Shown here piece after piece: positions 32,848 through 40,805 of a stretch of DNA of 64,000 nucleotides (position 1 is the first letter of the stretch; each line of letters starts with the position of its first letter). Source of the DNA: Candidatus Marinacidobacterales bacterium (GTDB lineage Bacteria; Acidobacteriota; Vicinamibacteria; Marinacidobacterales; SMYC01); assembly GCA_965237955.1 (NCBI GenBank), contig OZ250169.1, positions 7,232,001 to 7,296,000 on the forward strand, read 5' to 3'. Below the pieces are notes generated by a model. The model did not search any database. It saw nothing but the letters and a program-made list of their open reading frames with translations, and was not told the origin of the DNA. Position numbers and translations under genes: made by a program.

Positions 32848-33934
32848 TGCCTTGGTGCACAACTCCGATAGAGGCCGAGAGCTCGCTTGGCCCCAACTCC
32901 CATCATCCGATCATCTCGCTATCAGGCATCCCGAGCGCCGTCATCGTGTTGAGAATCTTGCACCCGATCCTTGCCTCGACTCTCTGTGCCGCCAACCCTC
33001 TCGCTCGCATCGCTGAGCCCACGATAGCCTTGTAGCGATGGAACGTTGTCTCGACTTTGCTCCGTTTGCTGTAGCCCGATTCTGTGTGCCACTTTCGTTT
33101 GCCGAGCCGAGCTTGTGCTGCAATGTTGCGATTGCGCTGTCGGCTGCTCGCCGGCCCCGATGCGAGCTGGGCGCCCTTGCGCGGCGGTATCAGCACCCTC
33201 GGCGAGCAATGAGCGCTGTGATTCTCGATTGCCTCATAGACGCCGCCGGCGTCGTATGCGGTGTCAGCTCTGGCCGATGAGATGGGACTGTCGATCTGTC
33301 CGACAAGCGATGCAACCCGCGATGAATCGCGGGCTCTTTTGCTCGTCAGCTCGCCGGCGACGACTTCGCCACTCTGCTCGTCGACACACAGATGGAGCTT
33401 GCGATAGTCCCTGCTCTTTGGTGCTCTGCGCAGCTGGCCGGCGTGGACAGCGAGACCGCTGCTGTCGATCAAGATGTGCAACGGCGTCTTCTGCTTGTCT
33501 TGGTAGAAGGGGACCTTACCCAGCTTCGCCTTGCGCCTCGAGATCGTGGTGTGATCGGGCACATCATTGTCTAGCTTCATCAGAGCGAACAACGATCGCA
33601 GCAATCCCTCGCTCTGCCTAGATGACAGATGAAACACCATGCCCAGGGTGACAGCCGTCTCGATGGCGTGGTTCGAGTACTTGCGTTGACGGCCCGGTTT
33701 CCTCCTCCTCGGCCGGGGCGCGTCCCAGTTCACAAGCTTGCCGGCGGTGAGCGAGATCCAGACGGTCAGGCTCCCACGGTTGCGTAGACCCGCCTCATAT
33801 TCACGCCAATTCCTCACGCGATAGGCCTTCTTCACATACTTCCGCTGAGTGCGTTTGAAAATGCTCATGGGGAACCTCGAATCCGTGAGTAAAGGACAAT
33901 TGTGGACCGAGATCGCGAGTTGTGCACCAAGGCA
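32848..33934 (-). mobile_element. IS5 family copy 2, 1087 bp
   Basis: Same IRs, direct repeat of copy 1. Truncates ppsA. Confidence 0.93.
32903..33868 (-). CDS. IS5-family transposase
   Basis: 321-aa ORF as in copies 1 and 3. Confidence 0.93.
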   Translation of the reverse strand: MSIFKRTQRKYVKKAYRVRNWREYEAGLRNRGSLTVWISLTAGKLVNWDAPRPRRRKPGRQRKYSNHAIETAVTLGMVFHLSSRQSEGLLRSLFALMKLDNDVPDHTTISRRKAKLGKVPFYQDKQKTPLHILIDSSGLAVHAGQLRRAPKSRDYRKLHLCVDEQSGEVVAGELTSKRARDSSRVASLVGQIDSPISSARADTAYDAGGVYEAIENHSAHCSPRVLIPPRKGAQLASGPASSRQRNRNIAAQARLGKRKWHTESGYSKRSKVETTFHRYKAIVGSAMRARGLAAQRVEARIGCKILNTMTALGMPDSEMIG

Positions 33935-34339
33935 CGCGAACGATGCATCCGCCGTGTCTTCGGCCGTCGCCGAAGAGCGGACCGCAAAGGAAAGCTCGGC
34001 GTCGAGCTCTCCGAACGCGTCAGCGATGGCGTCTCGCACCGCGTTGGGCAGCTCGGCGGTCTCGACAGCGGCACGAATCTCGCGACCGACCCGGGTGAGC
34101 GCGTGGACGTCGCGGACGTCGAGTTTCGCGAGCGCATCATGAACGCGCTCTTCGAGCCCGGCTTCCTTCATGAACAGATGGTAGGCCTCGGTGGTGGTGG
34201 CGAAGCCGCCGGGCACACGAACTCCGAGCTCGGTAAGGTGGTGGAGCATCTCACCGAGGGAGGCGTTCTTGCCACCGACGGACGCGACGTCGCCCATCCC
34301 CGTTTCACGCAGTGACTTGACGTAAGATGACGTTGACAT
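33935..34339 (-). pseudogene. ppsA: Phosphoenolpyruvate synthase, first 135 codons only
   Basis: DVASVGGKNASLGEM, VPGGFATT, AVRSSATAEDTADASFA, cut before GQ by IS5. Confidence 0.92.
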
Positions 34340-35159
34340 GAGGACGATGTTTTACGTTTCCGATCGCACCGCGATTACCGCCGAGACCATCGGCCATAGC
34401 CTTCTGGCGCAGTTCGAGGGCAGCCCCGATTACAAGGAAGTTACCATACCGTATATCGACACTCCGGAAAAGGTGGCCGACGTCGTCGCGCACATCGACG
34501 CCGCGGCCGCGGCCGACGGAGAAATGCCACTCGTCTTCAGCACTCTCGCCGACCCCCAAACCCGCGCTCGCGTCATCGCGTCCCGAGGCCTCGTGCTCGA
34601 CCTGTTCCACGTCTTCATCGAGCGGCTCGCGGACGCGCTCTCGGCCGAGCCGGTCATCAAGCGGACGCGCTCGCACCGTATCAGCAACTTGTCGTCGTAT
34701 GAATCGCGCATCGGCGCCATCGACTACAGCCTACAGCACGACGACGGCGCGCGGACGAAGGACTACGACAAAGCTGACATTATTATGGTGGGCGTCTCCC
34801 GCTCCGGGAAAACCCCGACGTGCCTGTACCTCGCGATGCAGTTCGGGATCCGTGCTGCCAACTACCCCATCACCGAGGAAGACCTGCATACGTCCCAACT
34901 GCCCGATCCGATCGCACCCTATCGCGACCACGTGCACGGCTTGACGATCGACGCCAAGCGGCTAGCGAGCATCCGCGAGGAACGGCGCCCCGCAAGTCGT
35001 TACGCCTCAATCGAGCAGTGCCGCGCCGAGGTGCGCAAAGTAGAATCTCTCTTCAAGACCTTCCAGATCCCGTTCATCAACTCGACGAACACGTCGGTCG
35101 AAGAAATCTCGACGAGGGTCGTTCAAACAAGAGGCCTAGACCGCCACAGCGTCTTATAA
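34338..35159 (+). CDS. ppsR: PEP synthase regulatory kinase/pyrophosphorylase (DUF299)
   Basis: YVSDRTAITAE, HDDG, GVSRSGKTPTCLYLA, AANYP, SVEEI. Divergent from ppsA. Confidence 0.93.
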   Translation: MRTMFYVSDRTAITAETIGHSLLAQFEGSPDYKEVTIPYIDTPEKVADVVAHIDAAAAADGEMPLVFSTLADPQTRARVIASRGLVLDLFHVFIERLADALSAEPVIKRTRSHRISNLSSYESRIGAIDYSLQHDDGARTKDYDKADIIMVGVSRSGKTPTCLYLAMQFGIRAANYPITEEDLHTSQLPDPIAPYRDHVHGLTIDAKRLASIREERRPASRYASIEQCRAEVRKVESLFKTFQIPFINSTNTSVEEISTRVVQTRGLDRHSVL

Positions 35160-35162
35160 CCG

Positions 35163-35180
35163 CTCCCCCGAATGGGGGAG
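35163..35180. terminator. Hairpin between convergent genes
   Basis: CTCCCCC-GAAT-GGGGGAG directly after the ppsR stop. No U tract. Confidence 0.35.
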
Positions 35181-35258
35181 GCGCCGCCGAAGCCAAACAC
35201 GACTCTGAGCCTTCGAAGCCGATCTCCCCGCGTCGGTACCAACCCCGTTTCGGGACTC

Positions 35259-35696
35259 TTACGCAAGAATCTCTTCCAACTTTTGCGCGGCCCCGTGGCC
35301 GGTGTAGTACACGTCCTTCAGGCACCGATCGCGGCGATCTTTCGCGCGGATTCGATCCCCGAGACTGCGCTCGTCGTCCTCGGCGAACGCCTCGATCATC
35401 ATTGTGCGGGCCTCGCGGTAGGACTCCACGCACTGATAGAACGTTTCCACGGCGAAGTAGTGCTCGCTGGACAGAACTTGGGGCAGCCGTTGGTGGTGCG
35501 CTTCGTAGTGGCGTGCGCGATTCGGCTCACCATCGGACGGACTCTTCGGGTCCGCCGAATCCATCAGAGCTCGAATCTCTGGAAGGAGCTTTCTGGCGAC
35601 GTCGCGCGCTCGCCCGAGCCGCACCGCGCGGCGACGACTTCGCGCAAGCCAGCCTGCGCCCCCCAGTGCGAGCGCGGCGACAATTACCCAGATCAT
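35259..35696 (-). CDS. Hypothetical membrane-anchored protein
   Basis: N-terminal TM helix. Start overlaps the upstream stop (ATGA). Confidence 0.7.
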   Translation of the reverse strand: MIWVIVAALALGGAGWLARSRRRAVRLGRARDVARKLLPEIRALMDSADPKSPSDGEPNRARHYEAHHQRLPQVLSSEHYFAVETFYQCVESYREARTMMIEAFAEDDERSLGDRIRAKDRRDRCLKDVYYTGHGAAQKLEEILA

Positions 35697-36274
35697 GATT
35701 GCGCCGGCGCGCTACCGCTCGCGAGACGCCGACCGACGAGGAACACCACCACCGTCGCTGAGAGAGCGATCCCGATTGTCAGATAGTTCTCTTGAAGCGC
35801 GGCCATGGCGCGGTCGCCCAGACGAACCGCAAGGTAGGCCTCCCCGAGATAGCGAACGACCCGCCCGAAAAACACCGCGGCGACGAAACGTCGCCAGTCC
35901 ATCCGCACCACGCCCGCCACGAGGATGAAAAGCTTCGTCGGAAACGGTGGTGGACCGAGCATGGCCACGGTCACGGCGAGGATATCGTTGCGGCGGACTT
36001 TCTCCGTCACCCACTGTTGTTTTTCCTTCGGAAAGCGCGCGAGCATCGTGTCGCCCCCGACCCGGGCGATGCGGTACAACACCCAGCAGCCAGCGGTCGA
36101 ACCGACGGCGGCGACGAGCGCGACGAGGATGGGGAGCGACGGCCGCTGCCACGACAACAGCATGACGACGAGGTCGACTCCGCCCGGAAGTGGTACGCCT
36201 GCCGAATCGAGAAAGGCAATCGCGAAAAGCCCCGGCAGACCGAAGGCGAGAAGATATTCTTTGAGAGAGTCCAC
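35693..36274 (-). CDS. DedA/VTT-family membrane protein
   Basis: AFLDSAGVPLPGGVD, GSTAGC..LY.IAR.GG, PPPFPTKLFIL.AG, GRVVRY. Start inferred. Confidence 0.85.
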   Translation of the reverse strand: MDSLKEYLLAFGLPGLFAIAFLDSAGVPLPGGVDLVVMLLSWQRPSLPILVALVAAVGSTAGCWVLYRIARVGGDTMLARFPKEKQQWVTEKVRRNDILAVTVAMLGPPPFPTKLFILVAGVVRMDWRRFVAAVFFGRVVRYLGEAYLAVRLGDRAMAALQENYLTIGIALSATVVVFLVGRRLASGSAPAQS

Positions 36275-36379
36275 GGTTAGAATCGCGACTACCCTATCAT
36301 CTCCGCGCAAGCCTGGGCTTGCATCAGGCTCACAGGCTCCCTGCAGGAGGCGGCCGCGAGGGCTGCAGATGTGTTTTTC

Positions 36380-36850
36380 AGCCCTGCTAGCGTCTCGGCG
36401 AACCCCGGCTTCGCCCGCGCCTGGATCGCTTATCGGGAGCCCGTGCACCCACCCGGCCGGAACGGTCACGTTGGGATAGCCGGCCACCGTGGCGGGCTCG
36501 AAGTCTCCCGCCGTTCGCGATCGAGCTCGTCGGCCAGCGTGAGGGCGTGCTCGTTCGTTTCGAGTATCGAACGCAGCTCGGGACCGCTACGGTCGAGCGC
36601 ATCGATACGATCGAGGTCCAGCTCGACGATGGAGCGTGCCGTGTAACGACCCGCTTCCATCCCCTCCTGAAGCTCCCCCATCGTCTTTTCGTCCAAACTC
36701 GAAGTCCGAATCGAAACCCGATCCGCCGTGCGGGGCGCGGGTCGACCTCCCCGTCTTGTCGTCGCCACATGTGGATGCGCCCGCGAACGCCGCCCCCGCT
36801 GCCAGTCTGCGGCCCATAAATGCCCTTCGGTCAATGTCTTGCTCGGTCAT
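36380..36850 (-). pseudogene. Tat-exported amidase with a large internal deletion
   Basis: IDRRAF Tat motif. ELQEGMEAGRYTARSIVE..LDRIDALDRSGPELRSILETN..AL..ADELDRER joins directly to the C-terminal AGYPNVTVPAGWVHGLPI. Confidence 0.8.
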
Positions 36851-36902
36851 GCTGAGATCTCCCGGAAACGTCCTCATATTAGAACAATGCTCCCCTTGAG
36901 GG

Positions 36903-36931
36903 TTTACAAGGTGCGGGTTTGTGGGTACACT
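36903..36931 (+). promoter_or_regulatory. Putative sigma70 promoter for the 37246 gene
   Basis: TTTACA-N17-TACACT. Confidence 0.5.
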
Positions 36932-36990
36932 TGCGGCCCGGTTGCAGCCCGTTGGCCCGCACCGAGCTATTAAAAAGGGAGTTGTAGGCT

Positions 36991-37123
36991 CTAGTCCCCT
37001 GTATCAGAACAAACTAGATAAAGCAGAGCTTGCCGAAACCCTTCTAAGTGCATGAATCTTATGAATCTTATGGGCTGGCGAAAAGCCTAACTTTGTATAG
37101 TAATCAAAGATCCAGTGGACTAG
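36991..37123. mobile_element. MITE copy 2 (IS630-related)
   Basis: 133 bp, CTAG-bounded, 2 mismatches to 1502-1634. Confidence 0.9.
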
Positions 37124-37245
37124 GACAAATTTTTCGTGTGGGTGTAGACACAGATCCAGCGGCACTCGATGCGCTCCTGCCGCGCCAGTGCATCGACAGA
37201 TTCGACGTCAACCCGCCCGCCATCACGACAAAATAGGAGTTGACT

Positions 37246-38862
37246 ATGTCACTGTGGCAGCGTTCTCTGCTCTTCCGGTCCCTGAAACCACGGAAGATAT
37301 TGGGGTTAGCCCTGGTCTTCGTCGTACTCATGACAGCGGCGCTCGGCTCGACGGCGTTCGGGCAAGAGTACACCGACATCCGCAGGCTCGGCACGAGCAA
37401 TGCGGTCTTCAAGCCGGGACCGCAGACCCGAGCAGACCTTCAGCGCGTATTCCGCGACCATCGGGCCGACTACGAGAAAGTCTTGCGCGACACCAATTGG
37501 CCCGGCGATCCCGATGATCTGTTCAGCGCAGTGGAAAACGGAGATTTTAGTGAAGCGCAGTACCCCGTAGGCCACACGTTCGAGTGGATGGCAGTACGCA
37601 AGCGCGGTGTCGTCCAGGCGACAGGACGCATCCGATGGGCGGGACGTGACCCGTTCGAGGCGTTCGAGATTCGCTTCGAGTCGAATGGTCGGGAGCACCG
37701 ATTTCTCGTTCCCAAAGCGTGCGGCAACTTGTCGCTCATTCAGATGCGTGACGCCGGCCCGCCGCCGTTGACCGCGGTACCTCGAGTGAACGTGCAAAGC
37801 CCCAACCAGTGCACGGGCACCAATGTCACCGTGGACGTCACCATACCGGGTATGCCCGATGGGGCGAGCCTCGAGCTCACGCTCACGCGGCCGAGCGGCC
37901 AGCGCGAGACCATCACCCCGTCTCGCGCCGGCGGCGGGTATCGCTGGGAAGGCCAGCTCGACGACGCGGGAGCCTACACGTTCAGCGCAACCGTGACCCG
38001 CGGTTCGGAGCGAACGCAAACGGTCACCGAGCGGCTCAACCTGCAGCCGTGCGAGCCGACGTGCAACCTCCAGCTCACGCGCCCGCCGGTCGACCCGGCC
38101 CCGAGGGCCGGACGGGCGACGCTCGGCATCGACATGTGCTCGAGCGCTGCACGCGCGGGGAGCCTGACGAGTAAGAAGGTCAGCATCTACCACACGCCCA
38201 TCGATGGCGCGGAGCTGCTGCTCGAGACCCTATCGCTGGACGCGGAGTGCAGCGCCAACTACGTGATGCCCGAGTACGGCGGCTATCGCCTCGAAGGTAC
38301 GGTCGTCGACGACCGCAGCATGCAATCGCCGTGTCAAGAGAGCTACACGTTGCTGAAGCCGGAGGGTCTGTACGGGCCGTACTTCACGATTTTCGGTGGC
38401 AACGAGCGGCGTTGGCGCCCGGGTATCGAAGCCGCCCCGACTGCCGCGACCGCATTCACTAAGGGCGATCTTGCCCGAGGGGAGGATAGCTTCCAGTTCG
38501 ATCGCTCGGCGCCACTGTTTGGTGGCACGTTCGGTTACATGTGGCCCATCGCGAACGGAGGGGCCGGCGTCTTCGCTCAGGGTGGTGGCGCGATCAACTC
38601 TCGGGATAGCGACAACAGCTCGATCTTCGCCGATGTGGGTATCGACAAGATGTTCGAAAGCGGCTTTTTCGGTGGCGGTATCGGCATCTGGGATCTCAAC
38701 CACAGCGATACGCGCGACGGCACGATTTTTGTGCACGGCGGCTGGAACCTCAACGAGAAGATGCAGTTCTATCTCGAAGGCCGCCTGTTCATGGACATGC
38801 TCAGCATGATCGACAACAACTACGTGTACATGGGCGGGATACGCTACTTCCTCAAGAACTGA
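37246..38862 (+). CDS. Exported multidomain protein with Ig-like middle and probable C-terminal beta-barrel
   Basis: Signal peptide (AFG), Cys pairs, amphipathic strands ending YMGGIRYF. AGGAG SD. Confidence 0.75.
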   Translation: MSLWQRSLLFRSLKPRKILGLALVFVVLMTAALGSTAFGQEYTDIRRLGTSNAVFKPGPQTRADLQRVFRDHRADYEKVLRDTNWPGDPDDLFSAVENGDFSEAQYPVGHTFEWMAVRKRGVVQATGRIRWAGRDPFEAFEIRFESNGREHRFLVPKACGNLSLIQMRDAGPPPLTAVPRVNVQSPNQCTGTNVTVDVTIPGMPDGASLELTLTRPSGQRETITPSRAGGGYRWEGQLDDAGAYTFSATVTRGSERTQTVTERLNLQPCEPTCNLQLTRPPVDPAPRAGRATLGIDMCSSAARAGSLTSKKVSIYHTPIDGAELLLETLSLDAECSANYVMPEYGGYRLEGTVVDDRSMQSPCQESYTLLKPEGLYGPYFTIFGGNERRWRPGIEAAPTAATAFTKGDLARGEDSFQFDRSAPLFGGTFGYMWPIANGGAGVFAQGGGAINSRDSDNSSIFADVGIDKMFESGFFGGGIGIWDLNHSDTRDGTIFVHGGWNLNEKMQFYLEGRLFMDMLSMIDNNYVYMGGIRYFLKN

Positions 38863-38880
38863 TTCTGGAGGCGGCAACAG

Positions 38881-38912
38881 AAAGGGAGGGTCCAAGGGAC
38901 CCTCCTTTTTTT
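38881..38912 (+). terminator. Rho-independent terminator
   Basis: GGAGGGTCC-AAG-GGACCCTCC stem followed by T7, 19 bp after the stop. Confidence 0.85.
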
Positions 38913-38987
38913 CGGCCGGTGCGCCGTCGGCCGTCAGCCATCAGCCATCAGCTCGCTGACTCTTACCTTTTTGCCTCTCCTGCCATT

Positions 38988-40208
38988 TCAGTGGATCCTC
39001 TCGAGGGTGAGACCGCCACAGTTTAGGTAGACGAGACTGATGAGAGCTTCGGCAGAGTGGAGTCCAAAGCTGCGGTGGCTCAGCAGCCGGATTTTGTTGT
39101 TCATTCCTTCGAGTCGGCCGTTGCTGAGTCTCCACGTGACCCACGCGATGACGCCATCGAAGTGGCTGCGGATCATCTTCGCCGCGCGTTTGACGGGCTC
39201 TATCCTCGAGCTCATAGCGCGCCGCAGCCATCCTCGGAGAAACTTCTTGGCCCATGTCTCGGTTTTGTAGGTGTAGAGGTCCATGAAGTCGTCGCGCAGA
39301 AGCATGGCGCGGTAGAGGCGACGATTAGCTCGCACCTGCTCGCGGAGCACCCGTTTGTCTTTCGCGCTGCGGTTGTGTTTGGCCTTGAGAAGGGGAAACT
39401 TGGTGTTCTTGAGGTTGCGCCGGGCAGTCCCTTTGAGCTCGCGCACCAGCTCGCGCCGGGTCTTATCCACGGCCTCGTTCAGATGCTTGACGATGTGGAA
39501 GCGGTCAAAGATCACCCGTGCCTGAGGAGCCTTTTTGCCGACGACAGTTATGTACGGCTCCCACATGTCCATGCTGACCGCTTCGAGCTCCGCGGCTCTT
39601 TGTGGTCCGAGCTTGCGGAAAAACCGCAGCAGCGTCTTGGCCTTGCGCTCCTTTCCCGCCCAGACGACCCGGCCGCTGAGATGGTCTATTACCACTGTTA
39701 AGTACTTGTGGCGTTTGCGGTAGCTGATCTCGTCCATCCCAATCACCCGCAATCCATCGAGCTCGCGCCGCTCATCCCGCTGCTCGGCAACCACTCGCTG
39801 GATGATCCGTCGCACCGAACGCCACGTCACTCGGAAATAGTTCGCTACGGCGCTGACGTCCGTCCTCTGTGCCAGCCACGCTACCTCTTGTTCGAAGCTT
39901 TTGGTAAAGCGGCTTCCCTTGTCTGCCCAAGGCACCTTTTCTCTGACCACTCCACACCGCCGACATACCACTCGTCGGATCGAGTAGCGAAGATAGGTCC
40001 GGACTCCGAACAGGTCCAAGTGCCGCCAGTAGCGATTGTAGCGATCTTTGTTCTTGCGGACCTTTCGTCCGCAAATCCCGCACAGAGGCTTCCTCCTCCG
40101 TGGTACTACATCCACCACCACTCTGTCTTTGTCCGCCTGGAAGTGGAAACCTCGGACCCACAGGCCTTGCAATCCGATGAGCTTGTTGACTAACGTAGTA
40201 ACGCGCAT
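38988..40208 (-). CDS. ISL3-family transposase
   Basis: zf-ISL3 CGIC...CRRC, IGMDEISY, SMDMW, DRFHI, SNGRLEGMNNKI. Confidence 0.94.
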   Translation of the reverse strand: MRVTTLVNKLIGLQGLWVRGFHFQADKDRVVVDVVPRRRKPLCGICGRKVRKNKDRYNRYWRHLDLFGVRTYLRYSIRRVVCRRCGVVREKVPWADKGSRFTKSFEQEVAWLAQRTDVSAVANYFRVTWRSVRRIIQRVVAEQRDERRELDGLRVIGMDEISYRKRHKYLTVVIDHLSGRVVWAGKERKAKTLLRFFRKLGPQRAAELEAVSMDMWEPYITVVGKKAPQARVIFDRFHIVKHLNEAVDKTRRELVRELKGTARRNLKNTKFPLLKAKHNRSAKDKRVLREQVRANRRLYRAMLLRDDFMDLYTYKTETWAKKFLRGWLRRAMSSRIEPVKRAAKMIRSHFDGVIAWVTWRLSNGRLEGMNNKIRLLSHRSFGLHSAEALISLVYLNCGGLTLERIH

Positions 40209-40333
40209 CGCGGGAACGCTCTTTTCTCTTTCGGGAAAAAAGATTCTAGCGTTCTCGCCGATGCGCATCTACACATGGCTTACCCTCTCAACCCACGGGC
40301 CTCACCAAATGCCACTGCCCCTCAGCGGGAGAC

Positions 40334-40646
40334 GAGGCTGTGGGAAACGCCCCCACGGTTCTGGTCGTTCAGACCTTGCTCACGACTGAGTTCTCTTCGA
40401 AGCCTGGAAGGGCGTTTTCCATAGCCTCCACTAATCGAGCCCCCCCTTCCTTATTCCATATGAATTAATCTTTCTTGTATATATATCAGGAGGGGCCTGT
40501 GGGCGCTCGTGGGAAACGCGAAGCGTTTTCCAAGCGATTGTGGAAAACGCCGCTCCACGTTTGTACGTGCTCACAACCTTTCCCTAAACGCCTCTCTCGC
40601 CCGGAGTTTCCGGCGTTTTCCACAATCGCGGCAGCGTCCATAGGCC
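40334..40646 (+). repeat. Two long nested inverted-repeat structures in the ISL3 leader
   Basis: Stems 40334-40352/40410-40428, 40494-40507/40633-40646, 40534-40552/40611-40629 and 40510-40519/40523-40532. Confidence 0.85.
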
Positions 40647-40805
40647 ATGCCCTCCAACACAAATCAGATCCCCCGAAACGACAGGAGAACCACCTTTTTA
40701 TACATTCCAAGTTGTGGGGATTCTCCTACTGCCGCGCGCCTGGGTAGACACACTCGAGAAGAAAACTACTTGGCTTTCATAGGGATGCGGGGCTCGCCCC
40801 CCTAA

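Larger units (their letters stand above)
38973..40691 (-). mobile_element. ISL3 element, complete (1719 bp)
   Basis: Imperfect IRs (GATCCACTGAAATGGCAGGAGAGGC / GATCCCCCGAAACGACAGGAGAACC). 8-bp TSD ACCTTTTT at 38965-38972 and 40692-40699. Confidence 0.92.

Noticed and set aside
38924-38953. Heptamer repeats (TCAGCCA-like; also GGCCGAT-like near 58415-58445) as CRISPR or functional arrays
   Set aside because: Only 3-4 short degenerate units with no spacers and no cas genes.
40487-40497. CAGGAGGGGCC as the ISL3 left end
   Set aside because: No matching TSD. The end at 40691 has a longer IR match and an exact 8-bp TSD.
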